A stretch of 64,000 bases of DNA from a virus (Duplodnaviria; Heunggongvirae; Uroviricota; Caudoviricetes). Below are positions 1-7,337 of the stretch, one piece after another (within the stretch, counting starts at the first letter, position 1; each line of letters opens with the position of its first letter). Made by a program: the position numbers and the translations under genes. The notes below the pieces were generated by a model. The model saw nothing but the letters and a program-made list of their open reading frames with translations. It was not told where the DNA came from and searched no databases. Location of the stretch: the IMG/VR virus record IMGVR_UViG_3300021387_000529, positions 218,811 to 282,810 of that record. One strand, written 5' to 3'.

Positions 1-104
1 GGAGTAAAAATAGCTACAGAATGTGTCCCATCATCAATGTATTTTCCTGCTAATAGTTTTTCTATAGTTTTTTGCTTCCAGTTATGCTCTAATAGAACTT
101 CCAT
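1..104 (-). CDS. hypothetical protein, N-terminal fragment (gene runs off the left edge)
   Basis: ATG at 104-102 on the minus strand, open to the window edge (MEVLLEHNWKQK...). An ACTAATT box lies 4 nt upstream of the ATG and there is no Shine-Dalgarno site, as in the other late-type genes. Confidence 0.35.
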   Translation of the reverse strand, partial: MEVLLEHNWKQKTIEKLLAGKYIDDGTHSVAIFT

Positions 105-120
105 AAAAAATTAGTTGAAA

Positions 121-357
121 TTATTTAAAGCTTTCCCTGTATTCCTTATCATAAGCGGCTTTTCTCATGTCTGGATATTTTAACATCTTTTGAGCAAATT
201 TAATAGTTGCTTCTTTTATTTTTTTACTTCCAGAAAGGCTCTTCTCAGCATAAGCGTCTAAGCTTTCTTTAGTATTTTCAACCTTTCCTTCTCTAATATA
301 TCTCGCAAGCCAAAGTCCTTCTTCAACATATACTTGTGGTGTGCATGCCATAACCAA
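121..357 (-). CDS. hypothetical protein (78 aa)
   Basis: ORF with an AAGGAGG Shine-Dalgarno site (gataaggaggactttggtt-ATG) and a consensus early promoter upstream on the minus strand. Confidence 0.6.
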   Translation of the reverse strand: MVMACTPQVYVEEGLWLARYIREGKVENTKESLDAYAEKSLSGSKKIKEATIKFAQKMLKYPDMRKAAYDKEYRESFK

Positions 358-379
358 AGTCCTCCTTATCTTTTGTTTT

Positions 380-420
380 TATATTAATATATGAAAATTT
401 TGTTAGAAATTCAAAAATAT
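380..420 (-). promoter_or_regulatory. early-class sigma-A-like promoter (minus-strand copy): TTGAAT, 17 bp spacer, TATATT, within ttTCATATATTAATAT
   Basis: Reverse complement of 380-420 matches the 9-copy consensus TTTTTGAAY-N12-TtCATATATTATAT. It lies upstream of gene 121..357. Confidence 0.6.
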
Positions 421-462
421 TTTTTGAACTTATCACAGACTTTTCATATATTATATTCGTAA
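421..462 (+). promoter_or_regulatory. early-class sigma-A-like promoter: TTGAAC (424-429), 17 bp spacer, TATATT (447-452), discriminator ATATTCGTAA
   Basis: Copy 1 of the conserved motif tttttgaacttatcacagacttttcatatattatattcgtaa, about 22 nt before the Shine-Dalgarno site and ATG of 484. Confidence 0.65.
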
Positions 463-483
463 CCAACAATCAAGGAGAAAACA

Positions 484-819
484 ATGGCAAAATACAACTA
501 TCATCTTGAAGAAACAAAAGATGCAGGTTCACTTTATGCTTACTGTGATGTTTTCAATCTGCACTTTATTCACTTTGAGAAGTGGAACAGTGGAATTGCC
601 CTTGTCGACCTTGAAAGAGGCAAAGCAATCTTCAATGGCCAGAACGGCAAATCATACATTTTTGATGAAGACGTTCCTGAAGATTGGATTGAAGACCAGT
701 ACAACAAATGTGTTGACAAATACAGCCCAATTTCTTCTTACGCTGCTAACAGAATTAAGTTTGACAACGAAGCTGCAGTAAGAAAAATCATCAATGCAAA
801 AAGAGCTATGGACTACTAA
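484..819 (+). CDS. hypothetical protein (111 aa)
   Basis: ORF with Shine-Dalgarno site caaggagaaaacaATG, directly downstream of the early promoter. Confidence 0.65.
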   Translation: MAKYNYHLEETKDAGSLYAYCDVFNLHFIHFEKWNSGIALVDLERGKAIFNGQNGKSYIFDEDVPEDWIEDQYNKCVDKYSPISSYAANRIKFDNEAAVRKIINAKRAMDY

Positions 820-1003
820 AATGGAAAAACTTAATTGGAAACCTTGGAATAAAGAAGCTTACAGAACAATCAAACCCGGAAGGTATCATGTCAAGCTTGA
901 TGATGGAACTATAACATATGATGACTTCAAAAACCGAAGGTCTTTTGGCTATGGTTTTTCAGGTTATGTTGAAAAACACATTGTAGAATATGCTGAGTGG
1001 TGA
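794..1003 (+). CDS. hypothetical small protein (start uncertain; alternative ATG at 821)
   Basis: Short ORF overlapping the end of the previous gene with no clear Shine-Dalgarno site; translational coupling is possible. Confidence 0.4.
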   Translation: MQKELWTTKMEKLNWKPWNKEAYRTIKPGRYHVKLDDGTITYDDFKNRRSFGYGFSGYVEKHIVEYAEW

Positions 1004-1017
1004 TAAGGGGGATAACA

Positions 1018-1353
1018 ATGTCAAAAATCACTGAATTGCTCGACAAACTTGAAAAGATTGAAAATGGTAAACTTGAAAAAATCAAGAAAATGCGTGAAAA
1101 TAAAGGCGCAATTGAATATTGGGAAGACCATGGAGACGGCGGTTTTTGGAAGCCTCTCACTGAAGAAAAAGCAGCGAAGTTTGCAAATGACCATTGGGAA
1201 CTTGATGAGCTTCGTCTCAGTCTGTATTACCTTGTTAAAACAGATGCTGGTATTCGTATCTTGAATGCAGAAGAATACGCAACTTATACGGGAAAAGCTA
1301 CTGTCCTCTATCAGGGCAGCTATACCGCATGTAAAGACTTTATTAAGGTGTGA
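1018..1353 (+). CDS. hypothetical protein (111 aa; the track ORF starts at GTG 997)
   Basis: In-frame ATG at 1018 preceded by the Shine-Dalgarno site taagggggataacaATG. Confidence 0.55.
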   Translation: MSKITELLDKLEKIENGKLEKIKKMRENKGAIEYWEDHGDGGFWKPLTEEKAAKFANDHWELDELRLSLYYLVKTDAGIRILNAEEYATYTGKATVLYQGSYTACKDFIKV

Positions 1354-1356
1354 CAT

Positions 1357-1884
1357 ATGTATGAAGCATTATTTCAAAGAATTAAATCAACAGACTTTCC
1401 ATTGAAATGCAGAGGAATGTATTACTTTGCAAAAGGGCGCCACGCGCATCAAGAACGAAAAGGAAGCGGTTTTCCATACTTCGTTCATCCACGTGGAGTT
1501 GCTTATATTGTAATGGAACACAATGGTACAATTGACCAGATAAATGCCGCACTTGCCCACGACCTTTTAGAAGACACAGAAACATCTTTCCTTGAGATTG
1601 CTGCAATTGGTTCAATTCGTTGTGCAGAAATGTGTGCTGAACTTCGCAACAACAAGTTTACGATTGCTGAAATTGGAAAGGAAAAGTACCTTGAAGACAA
1701 ATTGATGAGAATGGACCCAGACACACTTCTCATCAAACTTGCAGATATGTTGTACAATTCGTATGATATGCCTGCAGAACAAGCCGCGCTCAGAATGATG
1801 TCAAATGCACGTAATGTGATTTTGAAAAGACTTGACCTAACGGAGGACCACAGACAGCTCGCGAAGCTAGTTTTCTGCAGTTAA
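1357..1884 (+). CDS. HD-domain phosphohydrolase, SpoT/Mesh1-type small alarmone ((p)ppGpp) hydrolase-like
   Basis: HAHQERKGSGFPYFVHPRGVAYIV...INAALAHDLLEDT matches the RelA/SpoT hydrolase HD motif (H..Q.RKSGEPYI.HPL.VA...AALLHDV(I/V)EDT). The protein is 175 aa. Confidence 0.7.
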   Translation: MYEALFQRIKSTDFPLKCRGMYYFAKGRHAHQERKGSGFPYFVHPRGVAYIVMEHNGTIDQINAALAHDLLEDTETSFLEIAAIGSIRCAEMCAELRNNKFTIAEIGKEKYLEDKLMRMDPDTLLIKLADMLYNSYDMPAEQAALRMMSNARNVILKRLDLTEDHRQLAKLVFCS

Positions 1885-1896
1885 TATTATAACTAT

Positions 1897-2457
1897 ATGA
1901 AAACTTTGATTTGTGGCCCAATGTACTCTGGAAAGTCAACTGCACTTTTCCAGAGAATGGAGCGCTTACTATTCGCAAAAAAGAAAGTGCTTTTAATCCG
2001 TCCTCAAAAAGATGATAGAGGATATTTTACGCATTCAGACGGCATTGATATTGAGAAACTTGAAAAGAACTTCCCAAACCTTGTCGTGTTGAAATTTAAG
2101 TCAATTGATGAATTTTTAGTGAGAAATATTAAAGCTGACAAATTTGATGCTGTCTTTGTAGATGAATATTTTATGATTCCAGGATCTCATCATCTTTGTC
2201 ATCAAACAGACTTTGATGTGTATTTTGGCGGGCTTTTGGCAACATCTGAATGCACACTTTTTGATGAGACTGTAAAGATTTTGCCATATTGTGACAAAAT
2301 TAAAAAATTAAACTCAGTATGTATGGATTGTGGCTCTGAATTAGCTTCATACTCATATGCTGATTTTAAGAAGACTTCTGAAGTTGATGTTGGTGACACA
2401 AAATACAAATGTTTGTGTCAAAAATGCTATGAAAAAAGGATGACTAATAATGGATAA
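1897..2457 (+). CDS. tdk: thymidine kinase (TK1 type)
   Basis: P-loop GPMYSGKST at the N-terminus, VDEYFMIP, and a C-terminal zinc ribbon (CMDCG...CLCQKC) typical of type-II thymidine kinases. The protein is 186 aa. Confidence 0.85.
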   Translation: MKTLICGPMYSGKSTALFQRMERLLFAKKKVLLIRPQKDDRGYFTHSDGIDIEKLEKNFPNLVVLKFKSIDEFLVRNIKADKFDAVFVDEYFMIPGSHHLCHQTDFDVYFGGLLATSECTLFDETVKILPYCDKIKKLNSVCMDCGSELASYSYADFKKTSEVDVGDTKYKCLCQKCYEKRMTNNG

Positions 2458-2917
2458 CAGCGTCTATACATATTCTGACCATTTTATAAAAATTGATGAA
2501 GAATTTATGCGACCAGACTGTGACAACTGGGAAAAATATGGAAAACTACATATTCCTAAAAGTGTCAAAAAATTTTTTGATGGGCGGCAGCCTGGTTACA
2601 GAATAAAAGCAGAGCATCCAAGCCCATCTTTTTGGGGCAATTCACAAGACAGTGAGTCAGTTCTTAAAAAATTTACTGAGCAGCTTTTTGTTGGCCAAGT
2701 TGAGTGGTCTGACCCGAACCATATTTGTAAACATTGTGGAAGGTTTTACGACCCAGCATATGAGTTTATTGAGGATGAAACAATTCTCAATTTTCTTAAA
2801 GGACAATGGGGTGATGAAAAATGGCCAGACTACTGTCCAGAATGTGAGCATGATTTTTATGACTTTTGCAATAATGCTGCTCAGGCATTTTATGATAGAG
2901 ACAAAATAAAGGACTAA
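2450..2917 (+). CDS. hypothetical Cys-rich (zinc-finger-like) protein
   Basis: CKHCG...CPEC pairs; overlaps the tdk stop. Confidence 0.5.
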   Translation: MDNSVYTYSDHFIKIDEEFMRPDCDNWEKYGKLHIPKSVKKFFDGRQPGYRIKAEHPSPSFWGNSQDSESVLKKFTEQLFVGQVEWSDPNHICKHCGRFYDPAYEFIEDETILNFLKGQWGDEKWPDYCPECEHDFYDFCNNAAQAFYDRDKIKD

Positions 2918-2920
2918 GAC

Positions 2921-3622
2921 ATGGGAAAAGACTTCATAGCGCACTTTGTTGAATTCAAAGATTGGAATTCTGCACTCAACAAGCTTAATAATATGAAAAA
3001 AGCTCGTTATATTCAAGGAGAAGTTTATTCTCTTAATGAGCCTGAACAATCATTTTTTAATGATCGCTATTTTACAGCTAAGTATGACATTAAACATCTT
3101 AATGAAATATATTATACCATCAAAGTTGAAAAAATAAATGGTTTTTCTAAATATGGATATGACTTCCATCCGATGTCGTATCTTTTCAAAGATGGATGGA
3201 CACGATGCCAAGGCTATAAGATTACAATTCGTGGCACAAAATTGAATAATGAAAAAACTGGAATAGATGACTTTTGGCATGGTATGGGGCCAAATGAAAT
3301 AAACTCTATTGTTGACGCAATTGCTCCAGGCTATGATTTTAACTATGCTCATAGCTATAAACCAAAGTTTACAACACTTCCAAAAGAGCTCAAAGAAGCC
3401 GCTAATAAAGCAGCTAAACACTATGACAAATTTGGGGTTTTGATTGAGCTTGGTGACATCATCGTTATTCCGTATGTTATAAATAGCAGTGCCCGCACCT
3501 GTGTTGAAGTTGTTGATAAAATTACTGACACTCGTGTAAATAATGTCACAGCTGAAAAAGTTGTGGTTATACGCACAAATAACACAAACAAAAAACTTAC
3601 GTTTGGAGGTCTTGTAAAATGA
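2921..3622 (+). CDS. hypothetical protein (233 aa)
   Basis: ORF with Shine-Dalgarno site aaggactaagacATG. Confidence 0.5.
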   Translation: MGKDFIAHFVEFKDWNSALNKLNNMKKARYIQGEVYSLNEPEQSFFNDRYFTAKYDIKHLNEIYYTIKVEKINGFSKYGYDFHPMSYLFKDGWTRCQGYKITIRGTKLNNEKTGIDDFWHGMGPNEINSIVDAIAPGYDFNYAHSYKPKFTTLPKELKEAANKAAKHYDKFGVLIELGDIIVIPYVINSSARTCVEVVDKITDTRVNNVTAEKVVVIRTNNTNKKLTFGGLVK

Positions 3623-3936
3623 ATTTTTTTAACAGTGTTGTTTTTAATAGTAATGAAAACAAACTTTCTATTGACTCAGAAGGCGAAGTTGAAATCATTG
3701 TTGATGGAAAAACAATTGCTACTGTAACAGCAAAGAATGTCACTTTCAAAGGAAAAGCAAATAAAGTGAATGGCATGCAATTTAACATAATTGGTGATGT
3801 TTCTGGCGATGTTGATGGCACAAATATTACAATTCAAGGTAATGTTGGTGGCGGTGTTGATGGCACAAATATTACAGTTAAAGGAAGTGTAGATGGCGAT
3901 ATTGATGGAATAAATGTAACTGTCCGTAGTAAATAA
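3619..3936 (+). CDS. bactofilin-like (DUF583-type) beta-helical repeat protein
   Basis: Tandem ~9-residue repeats (IIGDVSGDVDGTNITIQGNVGGGVDGTNITVKGSVDGDIDGINVTV) fit the bactofilin G.V.G.V...I.I repeat pattern. The protein is 105 aa. Confidence 0.45.
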   Translation: MNFFNSVVFNSNENKLSIDSEGEVEIIVDGKTIATVTAKNVTFKGKANKVNGMQFNIIGDVSGDVDGTNITIQGNVGGGVDGTNITVKGSVDGDIDGINVTVRSK

Positions 3937-3961
3937 ATATGAATATAGGAGAAGGTAATAA

Positions 3962-4342
3962 ATGACCAAAGAAATGCTTAAAGCATGTGAAGAATTTCTT
4001 AAGGATGAGAAAAATAGTCCTTCTAATTATAATTTCAAGTCTGATATTTTCAAAGAACTCAGCCATGACAAAGAACAAGAAAAAGAAGCATCATCTGTTG
4101 AGAAGAGATTTTACGATTTTCAAAACAGACTGCGAAAAATATTTATGATTGATGAAAACCATTTTGATATTGACTATTATATCATAAGCGCTGCATTAGC
4201 AGAAGAGTGCCAATATCAAGGTCTCAATCCTCGAGATGCTGTTCGCAGCGCTATGAATGCTCTTAGGTCTGTTATTGTCATCAACAAATATTCAAAATTA
4301 GAAGCAAATTATGAAACGAATAAGATGACGCCTATTCTTTAG
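3962..4342 (+). CDS. hypothetical protein (126 aa)
   Basis: ORF with Shine-Dalgarno site aggagaaggtaataaATG. Confidence 0.5.
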   Translation: MTKEMLKACEEFLKDEKNSPSNYNFKSDIFKELSHDKEQEKEASSVEKRFYDFQNRLRKIFMIDENHFDIDYYIISAALAEECQYQGLNPRDAVRSAMNALRSVIVINKYSKLEANYETNKMTPIL

Positions 4343-5559
4343 TTTCCTCCGCCCCTTTGTATTGCTAACTGCCCAACGAGACCGATAGAATTAAGAATTG
4401 GCTTAAGGTCAGTTTCGATCTCAGTTCGTGTTTCTTTCAATACAGCTGGGTCTAGTTGGCCTGCAACGTCAGTCTTACACAAACTACGCAAAATATTGAA
4501 ATTACGTAAAACTTCTGAACGTGCCATTGGGCGAGCAATTGGCTCTAAATCATCAAAGTCAATATCATCCCAGTTAGGTGACCAACACAACCATTTAATG
4601 TTTAAATTGCCACCAATTGTGCTGTAACCACGAGCATATAGTTTTCCATTTTCTTTTACTTTGCTATAATGCTCACGTCTGAAAACATTCAACATTCCTT
4701 GCTGTGCCATTAGAGCATCAACCATATTAGTTTGTGAGTCTGCTGTTCCAACAAAACCTGGTACCATTTTGTTACGATAACGCAAACCACCACCATAACG
4801 GTTTGAGACTGTTCCCATTCTTCCCATAGCCATTTGTCTTTCGCCAAAGAATGAGAATGGGTTCATAGATTGTCCGCCACCTCCTGTTGCTCCACCTGGT
4901 GTACAGTAATATGGCACGCAACCATATGCATTCTCTGGAAACTCAATGTCGAATGCATTTCCCTGAGCAATATTGCCATATCCCTCTTCACGGATAATTG
5001 GTCTGAATGTATAGTATCTTTGCATTGCAGGCCTAATCATATATTTTACAATCTGTTCTTTTGAATATTCAATATCTTCAAAATTGGCGAATGGGAAACC
5101 AATAATTGTCAAAATTGTTTCAAGTTCATCATCACTGATATTTATTCCGCCATAAGCTGCAACTTTTGTGAGATAGCCTTCTTCTATTGAAGTGTATGGA
5201 ATGAAATTATTATCTGGCAAAAATCCACCATTCCATTTTGCTGGCAAAATACCAAAATATGGAAGCTGAATGCCTTGAACTGCCGCATGAATACCTTCAA
5301 CATCATCTGCTGTCAGTTCATCCCATCTGATTGGAAACTTCGTTTTATTGTCAACACGATAGTCTTCTTGAATATAAACAATTTTATTATGAAGCGGAGC
5401 TCCTGAAACACGTGTTCCATCTAAAGACGCATCAACACGAACGACTGAGCCACGATTGTATATCTTTGTATTCTTATCAACAGTAACCTGTCCTAAAGCA
5501 TTCCAAGTATTCAAAATTTCTTCTTCAGAAGATTGCAATAAATATTTAAACTCATCCAT
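4339..5559 (-). CDS. putative virion structural protein (406 aa, Gly-rich segment), late class
   Basis: Monocistronic minus-strand gene. The ACTAATT box sits 5 nt upstream of the ATG (gacatAACTAATTttatt-ATG) with no Shine-Dalgarno site. The size is compatible with a capsid-type protein, but no fold could be assigned from sequence. Confidence 0.55.
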   Translation of the reverse strand: MDEFKYLLQSSEEEILNTWNALGQVTVDKNTKIYNRGSVVRVDASLDGTRVSGAPLHNKIVYIQEDYRVDNKTKFPIRWDELTADDVEGIHAAVQGIQLPYFGILPAKWNGGFLPDNNFIPYTSIEEGYLTKVAAYGGINISDDELETILTIIGFPFANFEDIEYSKEQIVKYMIRPAMQRYYTFRPIIREEGYGNIAQGNAFDIEFPENAYGCVPYYCTPGGATGGGGQSMNPFSFFGERQMAMGRMGTVSNRYGGGLRYRNKMVPGFVGTADSQTNMVDALMAQQGMLNVFRREHYSKVKENGKLYARGYSTIGGNLNIKWLCWSPNWDDIDFDDLEPIARPMARSEVLRNFNILRSLCKTDVAGQLDPAVLKETRTEIETDLKPILNSIGLVGQLAIQRGGGN

Positions 5560-5576
5560 AATAAAATTAGTTATGT
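5560..5576 (-). promoter_or_regulatory. late-class ACTAATT box immediately upstream of ATG 5559
   Basis: One of at least 14 start-proximal AACTAAWT boxes. Here it also forms an inverted repeat AATTAGT-N8-ACTAATT. Confidence 0.45.
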
Positions 5577-5706
5577 CATACTAATTGTTTATATCACTTG
5601 AGGAATTAGCTTGTTGTCCTCAGCCTTGAATAATATTGATAGGCGATGCAGTAGCATTTTATATGGCAATTATAGCAAATCTAACAAACATTAGGAGAAT
5701 TGACAA

Positions 5707-6753
5707 ATGAGAGTTGACACAAACGCTCAGAAACGCGAAGCTCTTGAGAAAAGACTCGCAGAAAAACGCGCTTTGAGAGAAGGCGCTCAGAAGAAAGTTC
5801 CAGCTTATATGAAGAAACCAACAGCAGACAAAACTGAGAAGTTGGAAGAGGGAAAAACAAATGACTTTGACATTGTTCTTAAAAACTTCAAAGCTCATAA
5901 GCTTGCCAAGCTTGGTGAGTCTAAAGTAACATATAAAGAAATTCGTGCACTTCGTGAAGCTGTAAATGAAGCTAACAAGAAAGGTGTAAAATTGGCAGAA
6001 GCAGATGAAAATTTCGCAGCTCCAGCAGCAGACCCAAATGCAGCAGCAGCCGCTCCTGCTCCAGCAGCTGGTGGTGTTTCACCAGATGTTCAGACACAGA
6101 TTCAGTCTCTTCTTTCACAGGTTCAGGCACTTGCACAGGCAGCTGGCGTAAACACAGCAGACTTCGGTGCAGACCCAAATGCTAATGTTCCTGCAGTTGA
6201 TGGAATGGCACAGCCAACAGCAGCTGATGGTGCAGCTCCAGCAGCAGATCCAAATGCTCCTTTGATGGAAGCTGTAAACAAAGCTCGTAAAGCTAACAAC
6301 GGTAAATGTGATGAAGCTACATTTGTAGACCTCAAAGCACAATTTGGTAAAGCATTGGTTGAGAGCCTTGGTGCTACTCGTGACCGCATCGCAATGCGTT
6401 CAGCTAAACTTGACACATTGAATGAGAAGTTTGAAGGTGACTTCGCTTCTGCATATTTTGAGAATGTTGGCTTGAAAGAGGCTATCTCACCAATCGCTGG
6501 TATTCCTTCTGAGAAAGAAGTTGCTAACGGAACAGCTGATGCTGCTAAAGGTTTGGCAAAAGAGTTGAAAACTCCTGTTGCTTGGCCAGACCATCAGATT
6601 ACAGGCGCTCCACTTCAGGGTGAAGGAGCTAAACAGCAGAAAGTTAAGGAATCTACTTCTCCTGTAACTGATGCTTATGTTGAAAATTTCTATGCTCCAA
6701 AACTTTCTCTCGACACAATTCGTGAGTCTATGCAGAGAGGCATTCTCGGCTAA
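5707..6753 (+). CDS. Ala/Pro-rich protein with repeated A(A/P)ADPNA motif (possible head or scaffold-associated; function unknown)
   Basis: 348-aa ORF with Shine-Dalgarno site ttaggagaattgacaaATG. It has an N-terminal charged coiled-coil-like segment, an A/P-rich low-complexity linker with three ADPNA repeats, and a globular C-terminus. Its G+C is locally higher. Confidence 0.6.
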   Translation: MRVDTNAQKREALEKRLAEKRALREGAQKKVPAYMKKPTADKTEKLEEGKTNDFDIVLKNFKAHKLAKLGESKVTYKEIRALREAVNEANKKGVKLAEADENFAAPAADPNAAAAAPAPAAGGVSPDVQTQIQSLLSQVQALAQAAGVNTADFGADPNANVPAVDGMAQPTAADGAAPAADPNAPLMEAVNKARKANNGKCDEATFVDLKAQFGKALVESLGATRDRIAMRSAKLDTLNEKFEGDFASAYFENVGLKEAISPIAGIPSEKEVANGTADAAKGLAKELKTPVAWPDHQITGAPLQGEGAKQQKVKESTSPVTDAYVENFYAPKLSLDTIRESMQRGILG

Positions 6754-6754
6754 T

Positions 6755-6784
6755 TTGAATAGGGGCGAAATGCCCCCTATTCAA
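6755..6784 (+). other. GC-cored 12-bp hairpin (ttgaataggggc-gaaa-gccccctattcaa, 1-nt bulge) with no U-tract, abutting the Shine-Dalgarno site of the next gene
   Basis: Seen directly in the sequence. It is not a canonical intrinsic terminator and may be an mRNA stabiliser, processing site or attenuator. Confidence 0.4.
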
Positions 6785-6797
6785 TGGAGGAAATAGA

Positions 6798-7220
6798 ATG
6801 ACAAAAGCAGAATATATTAAAGGATATTCAGAATACAGTGCAAAAGAAAATCTTCTTGAAAGAGACTTCAGCAAGTTTGCTGCTAACTGTAAAGAAGATG
6901 GTTTTAATGTAACACGTTCTGACTATCATCGCTATATTGAAGCTGTTAAGTCTGCTAAAAAGGGCAAAAAGCTCACAGAAGCATTGTTCTTGAATGATGA
7001 TGATGACCCAAGAAGCTTCAATGACATTTATGGAGAAGAAGGTATTCCACTTGATGGAGATGAAAATACTCCTGCGACTGTTGAAAACCTCGGTCCAGCT
7101 GAAATCCAGCAGTTGAGAGACTTGGCTAACCAAATTCTTGCAATCGTTGGCACAGGTGCTCCAGCTCCAGATGAAAGCATGACAGGTACGCCAGACTTCG
7201 ATGAAGGTGAAGAAGAGTAA
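6798..7220 (+). CDS. hypothetical protein with an acidic C-terminus (140 aa)
   Basis: ORF with Shine-Dalgarno site aatggaggaaatagaATG. Confidence 0.55.
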   Translation: MTKAEYIKGYSEYSAKENLLERDFSKFAANCKEDGFNVTRSDYHRYIEAVKSAKKGKKLTEALFLNDDDDPRSFNDIYGEEGIPLDGDENTPATVENLGPAEIQQLRDLANQILAIVGTGAPAPDESMTGTPDFDEGEEE

Positions 7221-7244
7221 TCTTCTTTTTTGAATTGCTATAAA

Positions 7245-7285
7245 ATAAAAGCCACTTTTTCACAAGTGGCTTTATTTATTTTTGA
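7245..7285 (+). terminator. rho-independent terminator
   Basis: aaaagccactt-tttcac-aagtggctttt hairpin followed by a T-run. Confidence 0.6.
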
Positions 7286-7322
7286 ACTTTTATAAAATTT
7301 TTCATATATTATTAATGTAATG
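7277..7322 (+). promoter_or_regulatory. early-class promoter copy (TTGAAC 7282-7287, 17 bp spacer, TATATT 7305-7310)
   Basis: tttttgaacttttataaaatttttcatatattattaatgtaa matches the consensus. Confidence 0.6.
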
Positions 7323-7337
7323 GAGAAAATTTAAATA

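Noticed and set aside
5972-6416. Minus-strand ORFs inside the Ala/Pro-rich gene (5972..6178, 6115..6342, 6123..6416).
   Set aside because: The GC-rich repetitive A/P codons open spurious antisense frames. They are nested in a well-supported plus-strand gene.
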